64,000 nt of DNA, from positions 19,138-83,137 of the forward strand of contig CAVYQX010000010.1 in the NCBI GenBank assembly GCA_963770715.1, read 5' to 3'. Shown in pieces: positions 10,965 through 20,343 of the stretch (positions are counted from its first letter, which is position 1; every line of letters starts with the position of its first letter). This DNA comes from an uncultured Gaiellaceae bacterium (GTDB taxonomy: Bacteria; Actinomycetota; Thermoleophilia; Gaiellales; Gaiellaceae). A model generated the notes under the pieces. It searched no databases. It was not told the origin of the DNA and saw nothing but the letters and a program-made list of their open reading frames with translations. A program made the position numbers and the translations under genes.

Positions 10965-13332
10965 TTGAGCCCTGATCGCCATGCCCGCACGATGTTGCCG
11001 ATCCCCGACCGGCCGGCCCCGGGTCTGATCACCTACGACGCGAAGGATCCGGATACGTCGTTTCCACCGATCGAGCCGCTGCTGCCGCCCGAGGGGGCAC
11101 CGAACGTCCTCATCGTGCTCGTCGACGATGTCGGCTTCGGGGCGTCGAGCGCGTTCGGCGGGCCATGCGCAACGCCGAACGCCGAGCGGCTGGCAGCAGG
11201 CGGGCTGCGCTACAACCGCTTTCACACGACGGCGCTGTGCGCGCCCGACTCGGCAGGCGCTGCTGTCCGGGCGCAACCACCACTCGGTCGGTATGGGCTC
11301 TATCACCGAGACGGCGACATCGGCGCCGGGGAACAGCTCGCTTCGTCCGAACACGAAGGCGCCGCTGGCGATGACTCTGAAGTTGAACGGCTACTCGACG
11401 GCTCAGTTCGGCAAGTGCCACGAGGTGCCGGTGTGGCAATCGTCCCCCATGGGACCGTTCGACGCATGGCCCTCGGGCGGTGGCGGCTTCGAGAAGTTCT
11501 ACGGGTTCATCGGCGGCGAGAACAACCAGTGGGATCCGGCGCTGTACGACGGCACGACGCCGATCGAGCCGCCGGCGACCGAGGAGGAGGGATACCACCT
11601 CACGGAGGATCTCGCGGACCACTGTGTCAGTTGGATTCGTCAGCAGAAGGCGCTGATGCCGGACAAGCCGTTCTTCATCTACTTCGCGCCCGGTGCGACG
11701 CACGCGCCGCACCATGTGCCGAAGGAGTGGGCGGACAAGTACCAGGGCCAGTTCGACGACGGCTGGGACGCGCAGCGCGAGCGAACGTTCGCCCGCCAGA
11801 AGGAGCTGGGCGTCATCCCGGAGGACGCCGAGCTGCCCGCCCGGCACGACGTGATCCCGGCCTGGGACGAGATGCCCGACGAGCTGAAGCCGGTGCTCGC
11901 GCGCCAGATGGAGGTCTACGCCGGTTTCCTCGAGCACACCGACCATCACGTCGGCCGCCTGATCGACGCACTCGAGGACCTTGAGATCCTCGACGACACG
12001 ATCGTCTACTACATCATCGGCGACAACGGCGCCTCTGCCGAAGGCACCCTGCAGGGGGCGTTCAACGAGATGGCCAACTTCAACGGCATGGCCGAGCTCG
12101 AGACCCCGGAGTTCATGATCTCCAAGATGGACGAGTTCGGCTCACCGAGCTCGTACAACCACTACGCGGTCGGCTGGTCGTGGGCGATGAACACGCCCTT
12201 TCAGTGGACCAAGCAGGTCGCTTCGCATTGGGGCGGCACCCGCAACGGGACGATCGTGCACTGGCCCAGCGGGATCGAGGAGAAGGGTGGTCTCCGCTCG
12301 CAGTTCTCCCACGTCATCGACGTGGCTCCGACGATCCTGGAGGCCGCCGGGCTCCCCGAGCCCGCGATGGTGAACGGCGTGACGCAGTCGCCGATGGAAG
12401 GCACGAGCATGGTGTACTCGTTCAACGACGCCGAGGCCGACGAGCGCCACGACCTGCAGTACTTCGAGATGTTCGGCAACCGCGGCGTCTACCACAGGGG
12501 CTGGAGCGCCGTCACCAAGCACAAGACGCCCTGGGTCATGGTCGGCGGCAAGATGCCTGCGTTCGACGACGACGTGTGGGAGCTCTACGACGGCAGCAAG
12601 GACTTCAGCCAGGCTCACAATCTCGCGGCCGACGACCCGGAGATGCTCGCCAAGCTACAGCGCCTGTGGCTCATCGAGGCGACGAAGTACAACGTGTTGC
12701 CGCTCGATGACCGCAGCGCGGAGCGCCTGGAGCCGACGACCGCGGGTCGGCCGACGCTCATCCGGGGCAACTCGCAGCTCTTCTTCGCGGGCATGGGACG
12801 CCTGTCGGAGAACAGCGTCGTGAGCATCAAGAACAAGTCGTTCTCGGTCACTGCGGAGGTTGACGTCCCCGACGGTGGTGTGAGCGGCGTGATCATCGCG
12901 CAGGGCGGCCGCTTTGGCGGCTGGACCGTCTACTTCAAGGACGGCACGGCCAAGTTCGTCTACAACACGCTCGGCATCCACACATACGCCACCACTGCGG
13001 ACACCGCGATCCCGAGCGGCGCGCATCAGGTGCGTATGGAGTTCGCGTACGACGGCGGTGGGCCGGCCAAGGGCGGCGACGTCACCCTGTACTACGACGG
13101 CAAGGCGGTCGGAAACGGCCGGGTCGAGCACACGCACCCGATGATCTTCTCCGCCGACGAGACGACCGACATCGGCGAGGAGACCGGCACGACCGTCACC
13201 CCGGACTACACCGCCCGGGACAGTCGATTCACCGGAAAGATCAAGTGGGTGCAATTGGACGCCGGTACCGACGATCACGACCACTTCATCGAGCCCGAGG
13301 AGCGTCTCCGCATCGCGATGGCTAGGCAATAG
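10965..13332 (+). pseudogene. Arylsulfatase (formylglycine-dependent); frame broken at ~11247 inside the C-x-P-x-R active-site motif
   Basis: TTG 10965 with [30 protein letters not shown]...[10 protein letters not shown] (ORF 10965..) then [18 protein letters not shown]... (ORF 11128..13332). The sequence reads TGC GCG CCC GAC TCG; one C fewer would restore CAPTR. Confidence 0.85.
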
Positions 13333-13336
13333 CGCG

Positions 13337-13549
13337 ATGGCGATGGCGGTCGACGTTCAGCGGCTCGAACGGGGGGACGTCGTCCTCGTAGACCTTGACG
13401 ATGGCTCGGGGGAGGTCGAGGCCAAGGTGGTGCGCCCGATCGATCGCACCGAAACGTCCGTGCGCGTCTCGCTCCGAGTAGAGGGGCGCGAGGAGTTCGT
13501 GAAGGAGTGGGACCTCGGCGAGCAGGTGATCGTCGTGCGCGGCCCCTGA
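13337..13549 (+). CDS. Hypothetical small protein (70 aa)
   Basis: ORF only; G/C-rich third positions; no recognisable motif. Confidence 0.35.
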   Translation: MAMAVDVQRLERGDVVLVDLDDGSGEVEAKVVRPIDRTETSVRVSLRVEGREEFVKEWDLGEQVIVVRGP

Positions 13550-13563
13550 GACGGGCGCCTAGT

Positions 13564-14571
13564 TCACTCGGCCTCGGCCTGGTCGCCCGCTCGCTTGGGC
13601 GCTGATGCGCGCACGACGCACCGGAAGCCGAGGTGCGTCGTCGACGAGTCGATGGCCTGTCCCTGTCGCGCGGCCGGTCTATAGCGGAGGCAGTAGCTCG
13701 GTGCGCAGAGGTGTGAGCCGCCCTTGATCACTCGACGCGGGAGCGCCTCACCGGGTATGGCCTCGGGCGACGAGACCCGCGGGTTGCGCGGCACGCAGCA
13801 CGGGCTCTCCACCTCGTCCGGGTGGCGCTGCGTGAACCAGTCCGACGTCCACTCCCAGACGTTTCCGGTCATGTCGTGCAAGCCGTATCCGTTCGGTGGG
13901 AACGTGGCGACCGGCGACGTCCCCGCGTAGCCGTCGAGCTCGAGGTTCTGCCAGGGGAACTCGCCCTGCCACGTGTTGGCCATGGCCCGGCCGTCTGGGA
14001 AGTGCTCGTCACCCCAGGCGAACGCCGCACCTTCGAGGCCGCCGCGTGCCGCGTACTCCCACTCCGCCTCGCTCGGGAGCTCCTTTCCCGCCCAGGCCGC
14101 GTAGGCGTCCGCATCCTCGTAGGCGACGTGCACAACCGGATGGCGGTCGCGGCCGTTGACCGACGTTCCCTTCCCACCCGGCCGCTTCCAGTACGCGCCA
14201 GGGACGTACTCCCACCAGTTGCGGTGGTCGTTCAGGTCGACCGGGCCGGTGGTAGCGCGAAAAATGAGGGAGCCGGGCACGAGCAGCTCGGGATCGGCGT
14301 CGGGATAGAGCGCCCCGTCGAGCGGCCGCTCGGCCAGCGTCACGTACTTCGTCTCACGGACGAACTGGCGGAACTGCGCCGCCGTTACCGGTGTCTCGTC
14401 CATCCAGAGCCCGTCGACCGAGACACGATGGATCGGGCGCTCCTCGGGATAGAAGTCCTCGGAGCCCATCGCGAAGGTGCCCGCCGGGATCCAGCGCATG
14501 CCCGGGGCAGGAGGCGGGCCGATGTCGGGAGTGGGGGTGGCTGCCGAAAGGTCGCGCGGCCTCGCGGACAC
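13564..14571 (-). CDS. Formylglycine-generating enzyme (SUMF1/FGE family sulfatase maturase)
   Basis: ORF 335 aa: MRWIPAGTFAMGSEDFYPEERPIHRVSVDGLWMDETPVT...NVWEWTSDWF...GGSHLCAPSYCLRYRPAARQ. Confidence 0.85.
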   Translation of the reverse strand: MSARPRDLSAATPTPDIGPPPAPGMRWIPAGTFAMGSEDFYPEERPIHRVSVDGLWMDETPVTAAQFRQFVRETKYVTLAERPLDGALYPDADPELLVPGSLIFRATTGPVDLNDHRNWWEYVPGAYWKRPGGKGTSVNGRDRHPVVHVAYEDADAYAAWAGKELPSEAEWEYAARGGLEGAAFAWGDEHFPDGRAMANTWQGEFPWQNLELDGYAGTSPVATFPPNGYGLHDMTGNVWEWTSDWFTQRHPDEVESPCCVPRNPRVSSPEAIPGEALPRRVIKGGSHLCAPSYCLRYRPAARQGQAIDSSTTHLGFRCVVRASAPKRAGDQAEAE

Positions 14572-14784
14572 GGTGCCTCCTAGTCGAGCTGCGGTGTCTC
14601 GCGCGCGACGATACCCCGCAGCAGGCCGACGACGACAGGCGCGATCACGTCTCCGTCACCGAACCGTCACGTACCGGTGCGAGGTCGCGTCGGTGCGGGC
14701 AGATGGGCTCACGCCGGCTCCGGACTCGGGCGCCGTAGTCGTGCCAGCCCGTCGTGGTTTCCGTCGTGGCAATGGACCTCGTCC

Positions 14785-14970
14785 TCAGTACGCCGCGACT
14801 GCGGCGGTCCTGTCCGAGACCATGTACGCGACGATCAGCGCGGCAGGGAAGAAGACCAGGCTGAAGACGAAGTACCAGAAGAAACTGTGTCCCTTTCGGG
14901 CGGCAACGCGAGCCGGCCAGAATGCGATCGCAATCCAGATGATCGCGGCCAGAATCGACCAAAGAACCAT
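14785..14970 (-). CDS. Hypothetical small 2-TM membrane protein (61 aa)
   Basis: ORF MVLWSILAAIIWIAIAFWPARVAARKGHSFFWYFVFSLVFFPAALIVAYMV. Confidence 0.4.
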   Translation of the reverse strand: MVLWSILAAIIWIAIAFWPARVAARKGHSFFWYFVFSLVFFPAALIVAYMVSDRTAAVAAY

Positions 14971-15061
14971 CTCCTACCTCCGATGTAGTGGTGCGTCTCC
15001 GCTCGGTCCGAGCGGTCACGTCAGCCGCCCCTCCGAAGAGGAGCGGCTCCCGTGAGCGCTG

Positions 15062-15400
15062 TTACTGGTTGTCCTGCTCCTCCTGCTCCTCGTACTCCGC
15101 GATCTCGATCGCGACCTCGAGCGCGTCGGCGATCTTGCCCGTGGCGGAGGCGACGCGCGCAGTCCCGACGATTGGTGCAATCGCGGCCAAGACACCGCGC
15201 ACCTGCTCGGCGTCGACGCCGATCTGGCTCGCAGCACCGATGTTCAGCAGGTACGAGACCGCGGGCGCGTCGACCGCGGCGAGCGCCGCGATGCGAACGA
15301 GCATCAGCGTCTCCGCGTCGAGGCTCGATGCCTCGAGGGAGTCCGCGGTCATGCTTGCCAGCAGATCGAGGACCGGTGTATCGGTGGTCGATTCGGACAT
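15062..15400 (-). CDS. Carboxymuconolactone decarboxylase (CMD/AhpD-like) family protein
   Basis: ORF 15062..15547; likely start MSESTTDTP at 15400 (RBS GAAAGGAAGG). It has LMLVRIAALAAVDAPAVSYLLNIGAA...GVLAAIAPIVGTARV. An in-frame ATG at 15481 inside motif D is an alternative start. Confidence 0.65.
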   Translation of the reverse strand: MSESTTDTPVLDLLASMTADSLEASSLDAETLMLVRIAALAAVDAPAVSYLLNIGAASQIGVDAEQVRGVLAAIAPIVGTARVASATGKIADALEVAIEIAEYEEQEEQDNQ

Positions 15401-15472
15401 ATGCCTTCCTTTCGGTCGACGGTCGTTCCAGGTCACACGGAACGGCGCAGTATTGGCGCTCCGCGCATCCGG

Positions 15473-15496
15473 GTTCCTCATACCGATGGCATGAAA
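15473..15496 (-). promoter_or_regulatory. Dyad motif copy D (minus-strand reading TTTCATGCCATCGGTATGAGGAAC) in the divergent CMD/LuxR intergenic region
   Basis: The copy read directly covers 15473-15496. A further half-site GTATGAGGAGGAC on the + strand lies just downstream at 15505-15517, outside these coordinates and ~50 nt before the LuxR ATG. Confidence 0.55.
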
Positions 15497-15568
15497 TGAG
15501 GGGCGTATGAGGAGGACGGGTCGTTTACCCGGTGTCGTTGTGGGCAATTAACTAGGGTCTCTCTTGGC

Positions 15569-17845
15569 ATGGCGACCGTGCAGGCGCCTTTCGACCTCGT
15601 CGAGGTCAAACTCAGTGCGCCGTTCAAACGGGCCGGCACGCTGTCGAAGGCGGACCTGATCGCACGACTACGCCGTGCAAGCGCGCGATTCGTGAGCGTG
15701 GTCGCGCCGGCCGGGTATGGCAAGACAACCTTTCTCGCCCACTGGGCCGAGGCGGATCCGCGCTCGTTTGCGTGGGTGGCGCTCGACGGGCGAGACGACG
15801 ACCCGTTGGTTCTCCTGCGGTACATCGCGGCCGCGATCCATCGGGTCAAGTCCGTGCCATCCACGGTGTTCGATGCGCTGTCGGGTCCCGGGGCTTCCAC
15901 GCGACCGCTGCTCGTCTCGCTCGTCGGAGGCGCACTAGCCGAAGGTGAAGGCTCGACGGTGATCGTGCTCGACGATTTGCACCTGGTTGGCAATCCGTCT
16001 TGTCTGGACGTGCTCGCGGAGCTCTTCGGGTACGTCCCTGCCGGGTCGGCGATCGCGATTGCCAGCAGGGAGGAGCCGCAACTCCCGCTTGCCCGCTGGC
16101 GCGCGCAGGGACTGGTGCACGAGATCGGCGTCGACGAGCTGCGGCTGGACGAGCAGGAGGCCGCGTCGGTGCTGGACGACGTAGGAGTCGAAATCGACGC
16201 AAGCGAGCTCTCCGAGCTGACGGCGCGGACCGAGGGCTGGGCGGCCGGGTTGTATCTCGCGGGACTTGCGCTGCAAGCCGGCGGAACCCGCCCGGCGAGC
16301 GACTCCGTGTTGAGGTTCACGGGCGACGACAGGTTCGTATCCGACTACTTCCGGTACGAGCTCCTGTCACGGTTGCCCGCCGAGGAGAAGCAGTTCCTGA
16401 CGCACACCTCGGTCCTCGATCGCATGTGCGGCGGCCTCTGCGATGCGGTGCTGGAGACGAAGGATTCAACGAAAATGCTTCAGCGGCTCGCGCGGACGAA
16501 CGGCTTCGTCGTGCCCCTCGACCGGCGGAGTGAGTGGTATCGCTATCACCACCTGTTCGGCCAGCTTCTGCGGGACGAGCTCGAGCGGAGCGAGCCGGAT
16601 GTGGTTGGTGCCCTCAACCGCCGTGCCATGGACTGGTGCATCGCAAATGACTCGCTAGAGGAGGCGATCTCGTACGGCCATGTCGCGGGCGAGACGAGCA
16701 CCGTCGCCGGCTTGGTCGACTCACTCGCCCTGGCTGTTCACTACGACGGCCGCATGGAGACCTTGGAGGAGTGGCTGTCGTGGTTCGGCGAAGACGAGCT
16801 CGTCAACTATCCCGCGCTCGCGGTCTACGGAGCGTGGGTGCGCGCACTCACCGGGAGGCCGGTCGACGCTGAGCGGTTGCTGGCACTTGCGGACGGGGCG
16901 CCTTCGGCGATCCCACTCTCGGACGGCAGCCCCACGATCGACCCCTGGGTTGCCACTCTGCGGGCCCACATGATGGCGAATGGGGTCGACAAAGCGTTGG
17001 CAGACGCCAACACTGCGCTCGAGCAACTCCCTCCGGACAGCGTCTGGATCACGACAGCGACGCTTGCGCGCGGCGTTGTGCACGCGCTGCTCGGCGCAAC
17101 GGATCGTGCGACGGACGACCTCACCGCAGTCGTCGCGCTGGCGCAGGCACGTGGCGCGCCCGAGGAGGGCTACCTGGCGCAAGGACAGCTCGCACTTCTC
17201 GCCGCCAGACGAGGCGCCTGGCACGAGGCACGGCAACGCGCCGACGCGGCACAGGCATTCGTCGACGAGTACGGACTCGGCGACGTGTCGTCGAGCGCGC
17301 TCGCGCATGTCGCGACCGCCCGCGTCGCACTCCATGAGGCAAGGCATGCGGATGGTCACGCCTCGCTGGCACGCGTTCATCGTCTGCGCCCTATGCTCGA
17401 TCAGGGCCTTCCGTGGGTGACCATCGAGGTCGGGCTCGAGCTCATACGCGCCCATCTCGCTCTCGGCGAGTCGACCGCCGCACGCACGATTCTCACCGAG
17501 ACCGACCGAGTGCTCTCGCTCCGCCCGGACATGGGCTTCCTCGTAGAGGACGCGCGACTGCTGCGCGAGCAGGTGTCGGCGACCGAAGGACCGGCCGGCG
17601 CGTGGGCAATGAGCTTGACGGGCGCCGAGCTTCGGCTCCTTCCCTACCTCGCGACGCATCTCACGTTCCCGGAGATCGCGACCAGGCTGTTCATCTCGCG
17701 CAATACGGTCAAGACCGAAGCGGTCTCGATCTACCGCAAGCTGACGGCTTCTTCGCGCAGCGAGGCGATCGAGCGTGCCGTCGAAGTGGGGCTCCTGGAG
17801 GGTTCGATCTACCCGCCGCGGGCAAATCTCACCCAGGAAGGATGA
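15569..17845 (+). CDS. Large ATP-binding LuxR-family (LAL/MalT-like) transcriptional regulator
   Basis: Intact 758-aa ORF. N-terminal P-loop region VVAPAGYGKTTFLAHW, a long helical repeat middle, and a C-terminal LuxR HTH LTGAELRLLPYLATHLTFPEIATRLFISRNTVKTEAVSIYRKL. Confidence 0.85.
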   Translation: MATVQAPFDLVEVKLSAPFKRAGTLSKADLIARLRRASARFVSVVAPAGYGKTTFLAHWAEADPRSFAWVALDGRDDDPLVLLRYIAAAIHRVKSVPSTVFDALSGPGASTRPLLVSLVGGALAEGEGSTVIVLDDLHLVGNPSCLDVLAELFGYVPAGSAIAIASREEPQLPLARWRAQGLVHEIGVDELRLDEQEAASVLDDVGVEIDASELSELTARTEGWAAGLYLAGLALQAGGTRPASDSVLRFTGDDRFVSDYFRYELLSRLPAEEKQFLTHTSVLDRMCGGLCDAVLETKDSTKMLQRLARTNGFVVPLDRRSEWYRYHHLFGQLLRDELERSEPDVVGALNRRAMDWCIANDSLEEAISYGHVAGETSTVAGLVDSLALAVHYDGRMETLEEWLSWFGEDELVNYPALAVYGAWVRALTGRPVDAERLLALADGAPSAIPLSDGSPTIDPWVATLRAHMMANGVDKALADANTALEQLPPDSVWITTATLARGVVHALLGATDRATDDLTAVVALAQARGAPEEGYLAQGQLALLAARRGAWHEARQRADAAQAFVDEYGLGDVSSSALAHVATARVALHEARHADGHASLARVHRLRPMLDQGLPWVTIEVGLELIRAHLALGESTAARTILTETDRVLSLRPDMGFLVEDARLLREQVSATEGPAGAWAMSLTGAELRLLPYLATHLTFPEIATRLFISRNTVKTEAVSIYRKLTASSRSEAIERAVEVGLLEGSIYPPRANLTQEG

Positions 17846-17888
17846 GGCGAAAGCTAAGCGGCTTGAGGTCGGATGTGTGCCGACCCCA

Positions 17889-18224
17889 ATGGACGCGTAC
17901 AAGGAGCACCTCCGTCGGCTCGCCGTGCACGACGACGCCTTCGTCAGCCTGCTTCTCGGAGAAGAGGAGAACTCGTCGATTACCTCGGTCCTCGACGCGA
18001 AGACCGCGGCACTCGTGCGCATCGCCGCGACGATTGCGGTCGATGCGGCTCCCTCGTCGTTTCAACACGCGATATCGCACGCCCTCGGCTGCGGGGCAAC
18101 CTGTGGCGAGGTCGTCGCGACCCTCGAGGCAGTTGCACCGGTAACGGGTGCGGCGCGAGTAGTCGGATCCGCGCCGAAAGTCGCACTCGCGCTCGGCTAC
18201 GACGTCGAGGATGCGCTCGAGTGA
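17889..18224 (+). CDS. Carboxymuconolactone decarboxylase (CMD/AhpD-like) family protein, second copy
   Basis: ORF 17775..18224; start MDAYKEHLRRL. It has TAALVRIAATIAVDAAPSSFQHAISHALGCGATCGEVVATLEAVAPVTG. Confidence 0.65.
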   Translation: MDAYKEHLRRLAVHDDAFVSLLLGEEENSSITSVLDAKTAALVRIAATIAVDAAPSSFQHAISHALGCGATCGEVVATLEAVAPVTGAARVVGSAPKVALALGYDVEDALE

Positions 18225-18267
18225 CCAACGGCTCCCGGAGAGCCCACGACCACGACAGGGAGGAACG

Positions 18268-18760
18268 ATGCCGGACGTGCCTGTAAGCCTGTACATCGCG
18301 ACCTATTCCGATCCGAACGCCGCCCAGCAGGACTGGGACGGCATCAAGCAGCTCGCCCGCGACGGTGTGATTCGTGGACGGCCTCGTTCTCGTCAGCCGC
18401 GACGCCGACGGGAAGATCGATGTGAAGGACAACGCCCACGACTTTGGCAGGGGAGCCGCGCTCGGTGCGGTCGGCGGCGCGATCGTCGGCCTCATCTTCC
18501 CGCCGGCCTTCCTTGCGTCGGCCGTCGTCGGCGCTGGCGTCGGAGCGGGCGCAGGGGCAATGCTCGACCGCCACGACAAGAACGAGATCAAGGCCGACGT
18601 CGAAGACGTGCTTCCGCCCGGCAGCTCCGGGATCGTCGCGCTGTTCGAGGAGCAGTGGGTCGCGGACGTCGAGAATGCGTTGGCGAACGCCGACAACTCG
18701 ACCACGCACGAGGTCGACAGCAAGAGCGCCGAGCAGGTCAAAGCGGCCGCGACGGGCTAG
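18268..18760 (+). pseudogene. DUF1269-like membrane protein; frame broken near 18371
   Basis: MPDVPVSLYIATYSDPNAAQQDWDGIKQLARDGVI (ORF 18211..) then VDGLVLVSRDADGKIDVKDNAHDFGRGAALGAVGGAIVGLIFPP... (ORF 18374..18760). Confidence 0.6.
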
Positions 18761-18942
18761 GGCGATTCATCCAGATTCGACGAATGCCTTCGGCTCCGGC
18801 GCGAATGGGGGTCCCTGTCTTGAACCAACGGACAGGAGTCTCCCGAGCCGCGCGTTACGACCGGAAACGGCATGCATGTTTGCGACGCGAACGGGGTAGC
18901 GAAGACATCGACCCCTTTCGCGGAAGGAGGGCGCGAGCCTCC

Positions 18943-19335
18943 GTGCCAGCGACGGTCGATGCGTTCTTGGACCAGTACGTCCGTTGGTACTCGGAGGGAG
19001 ATGTGGAGGGTGCGACCGAAGTCTGTGTTGTGCCCTTTGTCGCGGTCAGGGACGGCGTGGAGATCCACCTGCCGGACCGCGACGCTGTGCGCGACCACGT
19101 GGCAGCGGTGACCGACGCGTTTCGCGCGGACGGTGTCGCAACGTGGACACGAATCGAGACCGAGCTCAACGAACTCGGCGACCACACCATCTTCGCGACC
19201 GTGCGCTGGAACGGACTCGATTCGGAGGGTGAGGTACTCCGCGAGATCAGCACGACCTACCACCTTCTTCGGACACGCGACGGCATGCGCTTCGTGTCGT
19301 ACACGAATCACTTCACGGGGGCACCGGGCCAGTAG
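18943..19335 (+). CDS. SnoaL/NTF2-like fold protein (hypothetical)
   Basis: Tail of ORF 18211..19335: VPATVDAFLDQYVRWYSEGDVEGATEVCVVPFVAV...TIFATVRWNGLDSEGEVLREISTTYHLLR. The GTG start is a guess. Confidence 0.45.
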   Translation: MPATVDAFLDQYVRWYSEGDVEGATEVCVVPFVAVRDGVEIHLPDRDAVRDHVAAVTDAFRADGVATWTRIETELNELGDHTIFATVRWNGLDSEGEVLREISTTYHLLRTRDGMRFVSYTNHFTGAPGQ

Positions 19336-19472
19336 CCCTCGCGGCCACTACTCCCCGCGTCAGCGGAACTCCGTCCGGCCAAGCACCTGTGTCATCAGCG
19401 CGACGTCCCCTCTCGCTTGTTCGAAGCACCATGGCGGCGCAACCGCCTGCCTGCTCGTGCCGATGGCCAATT

Positions 19473-19495
19473 TTCATCCCATCGGTATGAGGAAC
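19473..19495 (+). promoter_or_regulatory. Dyad motif copy E: TTCATCCCATCGGTATGAGGAAC
   Basis: Lies 78 nt upstream of the DedA ATG at 19573. Confidence 0.55.
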
Positions 19496-19572
19496 GGCGG
19501 CGTCTTCCAGCCCAGACTTCTCTGCGTTCCGCGGTGAAGCGAACCCGGGCAGCGACGAAAGGGAGCACGGTC

Positions 19573-20343
19573 ATGGCAGTAGTCGAAAAGAAAAAGCCGT
19601 TCTGGAAGCGCCACGGCACCCTGATCCTCGTTGGCTTGGCTGTCCTCCTGGTCGTCATCATCGCGGGCCAGTTCATCGAGGACGGCGACATCTCCGAATG
19701 GCTCGCCGACGTGCCGGAGCAGTGGGCATACGTCATCACATTCCTATTCATCTGGTTCGATGCCGTCATCCCGATCTTCCCCGGCGAGACGACGCTGAGC
19801 GCCGCGTCGACGCTCGCCGCAGCGGGAGAGCTCAATCTCGGAACCATCATGGTTGCCGGCGCGGCCGGCGCGATCGTCGGCGACTCCTCGCTGTTCTGGA
19901 TCTCCCGCCTGAGCTCCGCCAAGATGCAGCCCCACCTCGATAAGGCGCTGAAGGACGACAAGGTTCGCGTCGCTTGGGACGCGCTAAACCGATCTCCGGG
20001 CCTCCTGATCGTCGCCGGCCGCTATGTCCCCGGGATGCGCTTCGTCGTCAACGTATCGATGGGGCTCTCCGACATCACCTATCGTCGCTTCCTCGGCTGG
20101 TCGGTCGTGAGCGGGATCCTCTGGTCGGTCTACACGTGCGGGTTGGCCTACTACGTTGCGACCACCCTCTCCGGTTATCCAGTCGCGTCGCTCGTCATCT
20201 CCTCGGCCATCACGGCAGGTGCGTTAGCGCTGGTCTTCTTCGTCGCGCGCAACAAGAAGCGCAAAGCAGACGCGGCAGCGGCTTCGACCAACGTGAACGC
20301 GGATACGGCGCTTCCGGACGGAACCGCGGGATCCGACGCGTGA
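19573..20343 (+). CDS. DedA / SNARE-associated family membrane protein
   Basis: ORF 19417..20343; start MAVVEKKKPFW (RBS AAAGGGAG). It has FIWFDAVIPIFPGETTLSAAS...VAGRYVPGMRFVVN. Confidence 0.8.
   Translation: MAVVEKKKPFWKRHGTLILVGLAVLLVVIIAGQFIEDGDISEWLADVPEQWAYVITFLFIWFDAVIPIFPGETTLSAASTLAAAGELNLGTIMVAGAAGAIVGDSSLFWISRLSSAKMQPHLDKALKDDKVRVAWDALNRSPGLLIVAGRYVPGMRFVVNVSMGLSDITYRRFLGWSVVSGILWSVYTCGLAYYVATTLSGYPVASLVISSAITAGALALVFFVARNKKRKADAAAASTNVNADTALPDGTAGSDA

Noticed and set aside
9853-19495. Reading the recurrent motif as an ECF-sigma promoter (GGAAC -35) or as PhoP-type direct repeats (GTTCACC-like)
   Set aside because: No GTT/CGTC-type -10 sits at the right spacing after GGAAC, and copies A1 and B1 lack GGAAC altogether. 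The halves are inverted rather than direct repeats.
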